Positions 54,717 to 64,000 of a stretch of DNA of 64,000 nt are shown piece by piece; position 1 is the first letter of the stretch, and the number at the start of each line of letters is the position of its first letter. The notes under the pieces are model-generated. The model ran no database searches, had not been told where the DNA came from, and saw nothing but the letters and a program-made list of their open reading frames with translations. The stretch comes from Patescibacteria group bacterium (lineage in GTDB: Bacteria > Patescibacteriota > Minisyncoccia > Phycocordibacterales > Phycocordibacteraceae), in the NCBI GenBank assembly GCA_040384705.1, contig JAZKIU010000001.1:478053-542052 (forward strand). The letters run 5' to 3'. Made by a program: the position numbers and the translations under genes.

Positions 54717-55952
54717 TTACTTCATCGCTGCCCAGGTTCCCTTATCCTCCCCCCCATCTATCTTGAATATCGCGATGCCGCGTACGCCGAGCTTCTTTGC
54801 GAGCGCGACGTGCCCTTCGAGCGCTCCTGCATCGCTCCAGGAGAGCATGCGGAAGGTTACTGGCACGTTGTTCTTGAGCGCATAGGCTTTCGCGCCCTGA
54901 GCGACGAGCTCGCCTGAAGCGGTCCCCGCAGGCGCAAGCGCGATGAGTTCCTTCTGCGACGGTCCTTTCGCTTTCTTATCTATATACGTGATGACGGCTT
55001 CCCCGGCGGCGTTACGGCTCTGCTTCACCTTGAACTTCTTCTCTATCTCGCTGCCGTATCCATGATTGAAGGACCAGAGGTTCTTGTACGTGAACTTGCC
55101 CGCAGGGCTCACCGTCACCTCGAGCTCACGGCCGTATGTCGCAACGCCGATGAATATCTTCTCTTTCGGTATGTCACGGGCAGTTAGGTTCACTACCTTC
55201 TCCGTCCAGAGCGTGTCGGCCACGGGGAAGTACGGGCCAGGGCGTAACGCATTGAGCTTCTGGTCGGCAGTCTGCTGGTCGTAGGTCATGAGCCGCACAG
55301 TGTCGCAGGCCTTCCCTATCGAGGGATAGTCGTTCGCGAACTCGTACGCAGTTGCAGGCGGGGTGCCGGTATAGCGGTCAGGGACCGGGGTGCGCGCCTC
55401 TATCGTGCAGGAGAGCTGCTTGCTGCCGAGCGCGATATTGAGCTCCGCGAGGAAAAGGGAGAAATAGGTGCGGGTCTCGGCGAGTTTGCCTTCATAATCG
55501 ATGTCTATGCCGTCATAGCCGTTATCCTCCACGAGCTCGACGATGTTCTCTATATGGTCGGCGCGGAGCGATGCGTCCGAGAGGACGCGATGGGTGCTCT
55601 GCCCATCGTTCCACATGAGGGTGGGTACGTAGCGTGTTCCCTCCTTATCCGCGGCCTTCGCGAGCTTCTTCCAGTGCGAGGCGGTCATCTTGCCGTTATC
55701 GCTCAGGCTGCCGTCCTTCTTCACGATATAGGTGAAGGGGTTCACTTCATCGAGCTGCTTGATGTGCTTGCGGGCGTCGTCCGCCCCTTTCTTGGCGGTC
55801 CAGTACGGTACCCAGCCCGAATACTCGAGCGAAGCGGTCTGCGCATGGGCGGCTGACGCGAACATGGGAGCGAAGGATCCGGCGATGAGCCCGATACCCG
55901 CGAGGATAGCGAAGAATGCGAACAGGCGATGCATGAAGGTCTTCATTGCCAC
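54717..55952 (-). CDS. Glycoside hydrolase family 18 (chitinase-like), secreted
   Basis: Signal peptide. YDGIDIDYE catalytic motif (DxxDxDxE). Confidence 0.8.
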   Translation of the reverse strand: MAMKTFMHRLFAFFAILAGIGLIAGSFAPMFASAAHAQTASLEYSGWVPYWTAKKGADDARKHIKQLDEVNPFTYIVKKDGSLSDNGKMTASHWKKLAKAADKEGTRYVPTLMWNDGQSTHRVLSDASLRADHIENIVELVEDNGYDGIDIDYEGKLAETRTYFSLFLAELNIALGSKQLSCTIEARTPVPDRYTGTPPATAYEFANDYPSIGKACDTVRLMTYDQQTADQKLNALRPGPYFPVADTLWTEKVVNLTARDIPKEKIFIGVATYGRELEVTVSPAGKFTYKNLWSFNHGYGSEIEKKFKVKQSRNAAGEAVITYIDKKAKGPSQKELIALAPAGTASGELVAQGAKAYALKNNVPVTFRMLSWSDAGALEGHVALAKKLGVRGIAIFKIDGGEDKGTWAAMK

Positions 55953-56026
55953 AGTATAACAAAAGACGAACAGCCCCGCGGAAAGTTTCCGCGGGGCTGT
56001 TCTAAGGTCGTATGTGATTTTGCTGA

Positions 56027-56644
56027 TTAGCGCATCGCGAGCGTAGGCTCGGCGAACATCGCCTCGAGTTCCGCCTGGGTCTTGGGAATATCCTTGATGT
56101 CGATATGTCCCACGACCGTTATCGTGACTCCGCCGCAGACACCGAACACGCGACCGGGGTTCATCTCAATGCCGTTCACCTGCACGGTATCCGCCTGGTC
56201 GAGCAAGATATCTATCTTGTCCGTCCAACGGCTGTGCATAGTGTCCGCGATGACGCGGTAGCCAATGAGGTGATCCACCTTGCCGAACTGGCAGCGAGGC
56301 GTGTCCGCAGCTGTACGCTCTACCTTGATGACAGTACCGAACGGAAGTTCAGCAGCGAGATCCTGGGAGCGGGCAGCGACGACTTCCGGGTTCGTCCACG
56401 CGCCTGAGGCGGTGATGAACGGGTCCGAGTCGGTCTGTGCGGGGACGGCATTGTATGCCGTCATGCTTACCGTATAGCTTTGGGTCGCTTCCTTGGCGGA
56501 CGCGACCTTCACGGGGGAAGGCTCATCGTCCGCAGGAGTGGCGACGTCAGATGCGCTGGTTACTTGCGCATGTGCCGGGGCCCCAACGCTAGCGGGCAAA
56601 AAGAAAATGGCCATAACAGCCAGTACGTAGAATTGCATATTCAC
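56027..56644 (-). CDS. 3D-domain protein (MltA/YuiC-like lytic transglycosylase fold), secreted
   Basis: Signal peptide; TAYNAVPAQTDSDPFITASG...GTVIKVE...YRVIADTM. Confidence 0.7.
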   Translation of the reverse strand: MNMQFYVLAVMAIFFLPASVGAPAHAQVTSASDVATPADDEPSPVKVASAKEATQSYTVSMTAYNAVPAQTDSDPFITASGAWTNPEVVAARSQDLAAELPFGTVIKVERTAADTPRCQFGKVDHLIGYRVIADTMHSRWTDKIDILLDQADTVQVNGIEMNPGRVFGVCGGVTITVVGHIDIKDIPKTQAELEAMFAEPTLAMR

Positions 56645-56817
56645 CAGGTCGTCTCAGTTCCCTGAAAACGGCCTGATGAGGCCATAGTAGCAGACTTGAC
56701 AGGTATTGTCAAGTGCTGTGAAGCGATTTTGCCCTTTCAAGCTCATGTGGTCCGGGAGGCGTCAAGGCCTGGTATCCACTAGCCATTTCTGCTATTATAC
56801 GGCGTAATTACGCCATT

Positions 56818-57096
56818 ATGAGAACGAAAAGGAAGCTTTGGTTCCGTGCGAAACGCTTCGGCTGGGGGTGGTACCCGAGTAGCTGGCAGGGGTGGGCGGT
56901 GACCGCGCTTTTCTCCCTTCTCTATGCCCTTTCGGCGGTCGTTTTCGGTGCATTCGCCCCTGCGGTGGTCCAGGCGGGCGGTTCGGTCGTGGAGGGCACG
57001 ATTCTCTTCATCTCCGTGATTATCCTCCTTTCCGCTGGGCTTTTGGCCATCTGTTACCGGTATGGGGAGAAGCCGGGGTGGCGTTGGGGTAAATGA
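56818..57096 (+). CDS. Small membrane protein with N-terminal KRFGWGWYP motif
   Basis: 92 aa; two transmembrane segments. A terminator-like hairpin follows at about 57196-57223. Confidence 0.5.
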   Translation: MRTKRKLWFRAKRFGWGWYPSSWQGWAVTALFSLLYALSAVVFGAFAPAVVQAGGSVVEGTILFISVIILLSAGLLAICYRYGEKPGWRWGK

Positions 57097-57284
57097 TGAT
57101 ATCCCCATTTTCTTGAAAACTTCATCTTGGGGAAGTATAATTCCCGCATAGCGCAAGCTATCCTCGCCTATAGGATAATAGGATTGTATTTTTTCCCAAT
57201 CCCGGCTTAACCGCCGGGATTGGTCGTCTTTACATATTCCAATATGCTCTTAAGTGGGTCGGCAGGTATAAAGAGATCGGAGTT

Positions 57285-57803
57285 TTGGTGAAGCTCCTGG
57301 CTAACATAATTTCTCGCACAAACTGTAATTATCTTTTTCTTCTTGCGGTCGTTATGGGCATGCTTGCATTGCTCGCCACCATCGTGCTCGTCGCTATTAA
57401 CCCGCTTCGTCAATTCGCACAGGCGCGTAATTCGCAACGTGAGGCAAATGTTACCGCCGTTCTTGATGCTGTGGGGCACCGTCTCGCTGATAACCGCGGT
57501 ATATTCGAGGACGCTACGGGCGATTGTTCATCGACGCTCCCAGGAACTGCCACTCAGATAAATGACACTACTGGTTACGACCTTCGTCCCTGCCTCGTTC
57601 CCACCTATATTGCGGAGCTTCCATTCGACCCAAGCAAAGGAACCAACACTTGTGTCTCGACCGGTTGCAGTGGAGCAGGAGAAGGCTACGATACCGCGTA
57701 TACACTTCTCCAGAACGCCTCTACCTCCCGCATCACCGTCTGTGCGCCTTTTCATCAAGAATCTGATCTTCCTGGATCCGTTCCCTTCTGTCTCACACGA
57801 TAG
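57285..57803 (+). CDS. Type IV pilin-like protein with a degenerate prepilin N-terminus
   Basis: After the transmembrane helix, ...IVLVAINPLRQFAQARNSQREANVTAVLDAVGHRLADNRGIF matches the pilin pattern AR...R..DL......AL..Y..DNG.YP. C-terminal Cys pairs are present, but the G-F-T-L-I-E cleavage motif is absent (..NCNYLFLL..). Confidence 0.45.
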   Translation: MVKLLANIISRTNCNYLFLLAVVMGMLALLATIVLVAINPLRQFAQARNSQREANVTAVLDAVGHRLADNRGIFEDATGDCSSTLPGTATQINDTTGYDLRPCLVPTYIAELPFDPSKGTNTCVSTGCSGAGEGYDTAYTLLQNASTSRITVCAPFHQESDLPGSVPFCLTR

Positions 57804-57930
57804 ATTCTTGCACTTGTTCACCTTAGACCCCTTATCTAGCACATACTATGAATTACCTTGATCAAATTCCGGTCCTTTTCTCGAAAACAGGGGTTCCAGC
57901 AAGAAAGAACTTCTTTGTTATAATCTAGAT

Positions 57931-58458
57931 ATGGAGCCCCTGCTCATACAGGTTGGTTGGGAATACTTTCTTGGCGTCATGCTCGCTCTCATAACGGTTG
58001 CGTGGTATTCAAGTGGTCGCTTCACGAAACTCGAGACCTCAATGGAATGGGTACGGGAGACTCTCGGCGAGCTCAAGGTGAATGCGGATAATGCCCGCAC
58101 GCCAGTATTCGCTGCCCACTCTCCAGTGAATCTAAACGCACTCGGCGAGACATGGCTGGTTGAGAGCGGTCTCAAAGAGTATATAGATGCCAGAACCACT
58201 GACTTCGTCGGCTTCTGCAAGGAAAAAAGAGATACAAATCCCTACGAAGTCCAGAAACACGTCTTTCAACTGATGGACACGTACCTATTTGATCAAGCCT
58301 TTGATGACAAGCTAAAAAAGTTTGCGTATGAGAAAGGAACATCAATGGCAGTCATACGTCGGATGGCTGGAATCTATATACGGAATCTTTGCCTGGAGGA
58401 CTTCGGTATGAACCGAGACGATATAGACATTCACGACCCTGAAAGAGTAAATGAGTAA
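57931..58458 (+). CDS. Hypothetical protein with an N-terminal transmembrane segment (175 aa)
   Basis: Lies in a patch of lower GC; no recognisable domain. Confidence 0.4.
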   Translation: MEPLLIQVGWEYFLGVMLALITVAWYSSGRFTKLETSMEWVRETLGELKVNADNARTPVFAAHSPVNLNALGETWLVESGLKEYIDARTTDFVGFCKEKRDTNPYEVQKHVFQLMDTYLFDQAFDDKLKKFAYEKGTSMAVIRRMAGIYIRNLCLEDFGMNRDDIDIHDPERVNE

Positions 58459-58535
58459 CTGCTCTATGTTACCCGCTTGAGTACGTTAACTAAACACTCA
58501 GCATATGAGGCCGAGTGTTTAGTGCCATAAAATTC

Positions 58536-59570
58536 CTACCAATTCAGCTGACCACCCGTCTTGTACTCCGTAACGCGGGTCTCGAAGAAGTTCTTCTCCT
58601 TGTTGAGATCCACCGCTTCGCTCATCCATGGGAACGGATTCTCCACATTGAACTGGGTCGGGAGTCCCACGGTCGTGAGGCGGCGATCCGCGATGTGCTC
58701 GATGTACTGCTTGAAGCCGGCTGCATTCATGCCGAAGATGCCGTTCGGGAAGACTTCCTTTGCGAAGGTGTATTCCAATACAACTGCGCGCTTCACGAGG
58801 TCAACGATGCGCTGCTGGAATTCCGGCGTCCAAAGCTCTGGCTGCTCCTCCTTGATGGCGTTAATCATGTTGATGCCGAAGTTGAGGTGCTGGGACTCAT
58901 CACGCATGATGTACTGGATCTGCTCAGCGGAACCGGTTAGCTTGTTCTGGCGCTGGAAGCCGAACATGACGGCGAAGGAAGAGTAGAAGAAGATACCTTC
59001 CATGATGAGGGAGAAGACGCAGAGGTTCTCGAGGAAGAGCTGATCGTTCTCGAACGTACCGGTCTTGAAGTCGTCCGCGAAGATGCCTTCGTTAAGGCGA
59101 AGGATCATGTTGTCCTTGTTGTATATGGACTCCACCTCCCGATACATATTGAATATCTTCGACTCGTCCATGCCGAGCGACTCCACGATGTACTGGTACG
59201 CGTGGGTATGGATGGCCTCCTCGTATCCCTGACGAAGGAGATACATGCGGCACTCTGGGCTCGTTACGTGCTTGTACAGCGCAAGCACCACGTTGTTGGC
59301 TGCGATTGAGTCGGCGGTCGTGAAGAAGCCAAGCACGGTCTCGAATGCCTTGCGCTCGTCAGCGGTGAGCGCGGTCGGGCTCCTCCACTGCTCGATATCG
59401 CGCTGCATGGATATCTCGGTCGGGAGCCAGTGGTTGCTGTTCCCCACCATGTACGCATCCCATGCGAACGTGTGGCGCATGGGATAGAGCTGCATGACGT
59501 CGGCGTCCGCGCCGTTTATTATCTTGCGCTTGTTGATGTCGACTGCTGCTGCTCCTTTGTTGATTGGCAT
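58536..59570 (-). CDS. nrdB: Ribonucleotide reductase class I beta subunit (R2)
   Basis: Ferritin-like di-iron and radical site: EEAIHTHAY, ESQHLNFG, FYSSFA; C-terminal tail. Confidence 0.9.
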   Translation of the reverse strand: MPINKGAAAVDINKRKIINGADADVMQLYPMRHTFAWDAYMVGNSNHWLPTEISMQRDIEQWRSPTALTADERKAFETVLGFFTTADSIAANNVVLALYKHVTSPECRMYLLRQGYEEAIHTHAYQYIVESLGMDESKIFNMYREVESIYNKDNMILRLNEGIFADDFKTGTFENDQLFLENLCVFSLIMEGIFFYSSFAVMFGFQRQNKLTGSAEQIQYIMRDESQHLNFGINMINAIKEEQPELWTPEFQQRIVDLVKRAVVLEYTFAKEVFPNGIFGMNAAGFKQYIEHIADRRLTTVGLPTQFNVENPFPWMSEAVDLNKEKNFFETRVTEYKTGGQLNW

Positions 59571-59657
59571 ACGATGATGGTGGTTACCGATAATCCGGAA
59601 TCGTAGTGTTCCGAGTAAGTCCTGCTATTCTCCTCTCCTTCACTCCTCCCTGCAACC

Positions 59658-62528
59658 TTATGATTCGCAGCTCTCGCACACGCCCGCCTCCTCGCCTGCG
59701 GCCACCCGCGCCATCTTGGCCTTCCACTCGTCCGGCGTGAATCCGCTCGGGACGCTTGGTGCTACGGGCGCGAGCTCCATCTGGGCGATAGGCGAAACGA
59801 TGGCTTCGGTGGCGACTGCGGCAGTCATCGGCCCTGACGCGGTGCGGTTGTGGGTCGAACCGTATTCCGCGGTCGAGACGGTCGACTTCTCCACCTGGGA
59901 CGCGCCGAGAGAACGGAGGTAATACGTGGTCTTGAGGCCCATCTGCCATGCGAGGAAGTAGATATCGGAGAGTTCGCGACCGCTCGTTCCATTGAAGAAG
60001 ATGTTGAGGGACTGGGACTGGTCCATCCACTTGCCGCGCTGGGCAGCCGCCTCGATGAGCCACCTTCCTTCTATCTCGAACACCTCGCGGTACTTGTCCT
60101 TCAGGTTCTGCGGGATCTCGTCTATGTCCTGGATGCTGCCATCGGCGTACTTGATTCGGTTGAGCATCGCAGTGCTCCAGAGATTGTGCTTCTTGAGATC
60201 CTCGACAAGGTTCTTGTTCACCACGACGAAGTCGCCTTCCTTGTTCGACTTCACGTAGATGTTCTTGTAGATAGGCTCGACGCACGGGATGCAACCGACG
60301 AGGTTCGCGGTCGACGCGGTAGGCGCGATGGCCATCGTGTTCGAGTTACGCATACCGTGCTGCTTCACATGCGCACGTACCGGCGCCCAATCGAGCTTGC
60401 CGCCGCGCTTGAGCACGATCGCTTCGCCGCGCTCCTTCTCAAGAAGATCGATGGTGTCCTGCGGGAAGATATCGCGATCCCATTTCGATCCCTTATAAGT
60501 TTCGTAGGTACCGCGCTCCTTCGCGAGCTCGGATGAGGCGAGGATAGTGTAATACGCGACGACTTCCATGCTCTCGTCAGCGAACTCCACCGCTTCAGGT
60601 GTGTCGAAGTTGATGTCGAGCGCGTAGAGCGCGTCATGGTATCCACGGATGCCGAGGCCCACCGGGCGATGGCGCATGTTGCCGCGTCGCGCGTCCTCGG
60701 TCGGATAGAAGTTGAGATCGATGACGTTGTCGAGCATGCGTATCGCGGTGCGCGTCACTTTCGCGACGAGCTCGTGGTCGAACTTCCCGTCCACGATGAA
60801 CTTCGCGAAGTTGAGGGAGCCGATGGTGCAGACCGCGGTCTCATCGTCCGAGGTGTTGAGGGTTATCTCCGTGCAGAGATTCGAGTTGTGGATGACGCCG
60901 GCGTGGTCCTGCGGGGAACGGATGTTCGATGGGTCCTTCCACGTTATCCATGGGTGACCCGTCTCGAACAGCATGCCGATCATCTTCTTCCAGAGGTCCG
61001 CTGCAGAAATAGTACGGAACGTCTCTATCTCGCCACGCGCGGCCATTGCCTCGTACTCCTCATAACGCTTCTCGAACGCTGCACCATAGATCTCATGGAG
61101 GTCGGGTACGTCGGACGGAGAGAACAAGGTCCACTCTCCCCCATCGCGCACGCGTTTCATAAAGAGGTCAGGGATCCAGTTGGCGGTATTGATGTCGTGG
61201 GTACGCCTTCGCTCATCTCCTGTGTTCTTACGGAGCTCGAGGAAGTCCTCGATGTCCATGTGCCAGGTCTCAAGATACACGCAGCCAGCACCACGGCGCT
61301 TACCTGAGCGGTTTATGGCGAGGTTCACATCGTTCGCGATCTTGAGGAACGGCACGATACCCTGCGAAGGCACGCCCGTACCCTTGATGAAGGAGCCAGT
61401 GGCGCGAACACGTGTCCAGTCGGTTCCGGTGCCGCCCGACCACTTCAAATACTGCGCGTTATCGGAAACGGACTTGAAGATACCGTCGAGCGAGTCCGGA
61501 ACGGTGTTGAGGAAGCAGTTGGAGAGCTGTGCCTTCTTCGCTCCTGCCTGGAAGAGCGTGCGACCGCCCGGGGTGTAATAGAAATTGGAGAGGACATCGT
61601 AGAACTCGAGCGCGACACGCTCGCGGTCGACTGGCTTCTCCGCTATCGCAAGGCCCATGGCGATGCGCATCCAGAGCATCTGTGGAGCCTCGAGCGTGAC
61701 CTTTAATTTCGGATCCTCCATGCAGTACCGAGAGCTCAAGATCTCGAGTCCCATGTACTCGAAGAAGTGGTCGTTCTCGATGATGAGTGAGCGGCCGAGC
61801 TTATCAAGGTCGAATTCGCTCATACGCGTATCGAGGTTCCCTTCTTCGACGAAACGATTGATGTTGCGAGCGAACACGCGCGCGTGCTCCTCGACGAGAT
61901 TGTCAGACTTGTAGTCAGGACCGAACACGTCGCCATAGATGCGATGGAGGAGGAGCTTCGCGGCGACCTTCGAATACGCTGGGTCGCGCTCGATCATCGA
62001 GCGCACGACCATAGTGAGCGCCTTGTGCACCTCGTCGGTCGTCATGCCTTCGTACACTTCGTACTTGAGCTGCGAGAGTATGTACTCGACATCGACGTCG
62101 TTCTCGTATCCCTTCACGAACCGCATCAAGTTCTTGCGGACGCTGTCTTCCGAGAACGCGACCTCACGACCAGAGCGGGTCTTTATCTTGAGCGCGTTCT
62201 CCTCTATCTTCTCGAGCACCTCCTGCTGCTTCTCCTCGCGTATCTTGGTGTGCTCGTAACGATAGACGATGTAGTGCTTGGCGACGGTGAGATACCCCTC
62301 TTTCATGAGGATCATCTCGACGTAGTCCTGCACGTGCTCGACCGATGGGGTGGCGGTCGGGAAGTTGGTCTCAAGCTGCGCAACGACCGTAGCGGTCATC
62401 TCTTCGAGCTTCTCATCGCTCGTCGGAACGTACGTAGCCTCGAAGGCTTTGCGCATCGCTTCCGTTATCTTGTGCTCCTCGAAATCGGCGATGCTCCCAT
62501 TGCGCTTTTTGACCTGCTTCATATGCAA
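59658..62528 (-). CDS. nrdA: Ribonucleotide reductase class I alpha subunit (R1) with N-terminal ATP-cone(s)
   Basis: 956 aa; ATP-cone at the N-terminus (VKKRNGSIADFEEHKI...), the catalytic ten-stranded barrel region, and a C-terminal CESCES tail. Confidence 0.9.
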   Translation of the reverse strand: MHMKQVKKRNGSIADFEEHKITEAMRKAFEATYVPTSDEKLEEMTATVVAQLETNFPTATPSVEHVQDYVEMILMKEGYLTVAKHYIVYRYEHTKIREEKQQEVLEKIEENALKIKTRSGREVAFSEDSVRKNLMRFVKGYENDVDVEYILSQLKYEVYEGMTTDEVHKALTMVVRSMIERDPAYSKVAAKLLLHRIYGDVFGPDYKSDNLVEEHARVFARNINRFVEEGNLDTRMSEFDLDKLGRSLIIENDHFFEYMGLEILSSRYCMEDPKLKVTLEAPQMLWMRIAMGLAIAEKPVDRERVALEFYDVLSNFYYTPGGRTLFQAGAKKAQLSNCFLNTVPDSLDGIFKSVSDNAQYLKWSGGTGTDWTRVRATGSFIKGTGVPSQGIVPFLKIANDVNLAINRSGKRRGAGCVYLETWHMDIEDFLELRKNTGDERRRTHDINTANWIPDLFMKRVRDGGEWTLFSPSDVPDLHEIYGAAFEKRYEEYEAMAARGEIETFRTISAADLWKKMIGMLFETGHPWITWKDPSNIRSPQDHAGVIHNSNLCTEITLNTSDDETAVCTIGSLNFAKFIVDGKFDHELVAKVTRTAIRMLDNVIDLNFYPTEDARRGNMRHRPVGLGIRGYHDALYALDINFDTPEAVEFADESMEVVAYYTILASSELAKERGTYETYKGSKWDRDIFPQDTIDLLEKERGEAIVLKRGGKLDWAPVRAHVKQHGMRNSNTMAIAPTASTANLVGCIPCVEPIYKNIYVKSNKEGDFVVVNKNLVEDLKKHNLWSTAMLNRIKYADGSIQDIDEIPQNLKDKYREVFEIEGRWLIEAAAQRGKWMDQSQSLNIFFNGTSGRELSDIYFLAWQMGLKTTYYLRSLGASQVEKSTVSTAEYGSTHNRTASGPMTAAVATEAIVSPIAQMELAPVAPSVPSGFTPDEWKAKMARVAAGEEAGVCESCES

Positions 62529-62841
62529 CGTATTGCTTATTACTCAATTAATCTCCCCGCCCGCACCGTGGTGCATCTCCCTATTACCTTGAGCTCAATT
62601 TTACCTCGGACCGACCGAAACTCGTCCTGGGGATAGCGTTCACTGCGACAGGAAAACGCTTGCTCGTATAGGGTTCAGGGCACAAATTATTCCCTCTGTA
62701 AATACACGCTCAGCGAGGAGTGCTCTTGGGCCGTATTAATCAAAACCTCATGAATACAGCCTATGATGGAAAGTAATCTTCATGAAGACCGTCTTCTTTA
62801 GTGTACGAAGACTTATCCGCTAGCCCACCCAACACACCTAT

Positions 62842-63516
62842 ATGCGTATCCTAATCGTAGAAGACGAAGCGAAGCTGGCCGAAGGCCTCAAGCGGGGCCT
62901 CGAGGCCAAGGGGTTCGCCGTGGACTGGCTTGAGGACAGCGAGAAGGCACGCACCCGCATACTCCTTTATCGTAACGAATACGACCTCATCCTCCTCGAC
63001 CTCATGCTTCCCGGGATCGGTGGCGCGGAAATCACTAAAGAGGCGCGTGCCGAGGGCGTTACAACCCCCATCATCATCCTCACGGCCCGTGATGAGACGG
63101 AATATAAGGTGGAACTCCTTAATTGTGGCGCCGATGACTACATATCGAAGCCTTTCTCCTTCGACGAGCTCGTCGCCCGCATGAACGCGGTGCTGCGCCG
63201 TCCCGAGCAGAGCGTCGCCTCCACCCTTACAGTGCGCGACATCGAGCTTGATCCGGGCAAGCGTACTGTCGTGAAGGCAGGCAGCGAAGTGCCGCTCACC
63301 CTCAAGGAGTACTCCCTGCTCGAGTTCTTCATGCGCCACCCCAACGAGGCGTTATCCCGGGAGACTATAATGGATCATGTCTGGAGCTTCGACTTCCCTG
63401 GCTTCTCGAACGTGCTTGATGTACATATGAAGAACCTTCGCAAGAAGCTCGATACCTATGGAGACGATTCCCTTTTTGAAACAGTTCGCGGCGTGGGCTA
63501 CCGGCTTAACGGATAA
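62842..63516 (+). CDS. OmpR/PhoB-family response regulator
   Basis: MRILIVEDE, the DLILLDLMLPG phosphoacceptor region, and a winged-helix C-terminus GVGYRL. Confidence 0.9.
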   Translation: MRILIVEDEAKLAEGLKRGLEAKGFAVDWLEDSEKARTRILLYRNEYDLILLDLMLPGIGGAEITKEARAEGVTTPIIILTARDETEYKVELLNCGADDYISKPFSFDELVARMNAVLRRPEQSVASTLTVRDIELDPGKRTVVKAGSEVPLTLKEYSLLEFFMRHPNEALSRETIMDHVWSFDFPGFSNVLDVHMKNLRKKLDTYGDDSLFETVRGVGYRLNG

Positions 63517-64000
63517 GTACCGATTCAATCCGTTCGTCCGCACCGCGGTCCATATCACCCTCCTGCAGATCGCGCTCGCGGCAGTGATGATCGGTATCTT
63601 CACGTGGGGCGTCGATTACGCGCAGGACCGCACCATTACCTCCATCAGCGAGCACCTCTCGTCGGTGATCGCGAGCGGCACCACCACGGTCTCCAGCCTT
63701 CCGGACTCAATAGCGGAAGTGCGCGAGAATGCGTATAGCCTCATAGCAGTCCTCATCATCGCGCTGAACGGGCTCTTCGGGTATTTCATGGCCCGTTTCG
63801 CGCTCAGGCCTACCCGCCAGTCGCTCCGTGCCCAGAAGCAGTTCATCGGCAACATCGCGCATGAGGTGCGCACCCCGCTCGCCATCATAAAGACGAATAC
63901 GGAGGTGGCGCTATTCGACCCTAAGCTCGACCCGGTCGTTAAGCAGACATTCGAGGATACGCTCATCGAGCTCGACCGCATCTCGGAGATAATCAACAAT
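63476..64000 (+). CDS. Sensor histidine kinase, 5' part only (runs off the window end)
   Basis: Transmembrane segments followed by the H-box FIGNIAHEVRTPLAIIKTN. The start is uncertain (TTG at about 63476, or GTG/ATG at about 63584-63587). Confidence 0.7.
   Translation, partial: MKQFAAWATGLTDKYRFNPFVRTAVHITLLQIALAAVMIGIFTWGVDYAQDRTITSISEHLSSVIASGTTTVSSLPDSIAEVRENAYSLIAVLIIALNGLFGYFMARFALRPTRQSLRAQKQFIGNIAHEVRTPLAIIKTNTEVALFDPKLDPVVKQTFEDTLIELDRISEIINN

Noticed and set aside
1-64000. CRISPR arrays, integrases, transposases and classic toxin-antitoxin pairs.
   Set aside because: I looked for regularly spaced direct repeats and for the characteristic protein motifs and found none.

Overview
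This looks like a chromosomal window (about 60% GC) from a compact bacterial genome. Housekeeping genes dominate, interspersed with many small or secreted hypothetical proteins. Gene content and codon usage (frequent ATA, AGA and AGG) are compatible with a reduced-genome, Gram-positive-like lineage such as Patescibacteria/CPR, but taxonomy cannot be settled from sequence alone.

Core genes I can support:
- a 5' partial HhH-GPD DNA glycosylase, ribosomal proteins L27, L9 and L21, cysS, dnaB, recR, rmuC, radC, truB, a yqeY-family gene and corA;
- a minus-strand cell-wall cluster mraZ-rsmH-ftsL-ftsI-murF, and a second cluster mreB-mreC-mreD-mrdA followed by greA;
- proS, rseP, frr, holB, a second mreB paralog, murA, def-fmt, a short hpf, tRNA-Glu(CTC), tRNA-Asn(GTT), a yhhQ-type transporter, nrdAB and an OmpR-type two-component pair (kinase 3' partial).

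Accessory or unusual content:
- a roughly 1 kb ORF-poor island (4044-5104) with an 8-mer repeated six times in both orientations;
- a promoter plus leader-peptide plus three-segment alternative-hairpin element (27191-27370) that resembles a transcription attenuator;
- a 400 bp noncoding leader ending in a strong intrinsic terminator immediately upstream of def;
- tandem paralogous small proteins next to radC;
- a tRNA-Glu islet with short SD-bearing ORFs;
- several single-gene cassettes with high third-position GC that encode secreted proteins, each between its own promoter and terminator;
- two tandem PEP-CTERM (PEPxxWA-type) proteins behind a 20-bp stem-loop, next to a 1393-aa surface protein (peptidoglycan-binding, four Ig-like repeats, beta-helix, LamG);
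- a bacterial SET-domain protein next to a KGG stress protein;
- a cell-wall-remodelling neighbourhood (VanY/M15B, GH18, 3D-domain) and a pilin-like protein with a degenerate prepilin motif in a lower-GC patch.

No CRISPR array, integrase or transposase was recognised. Coordinates of hand-located RNA structures may be off by 1-2 nt.
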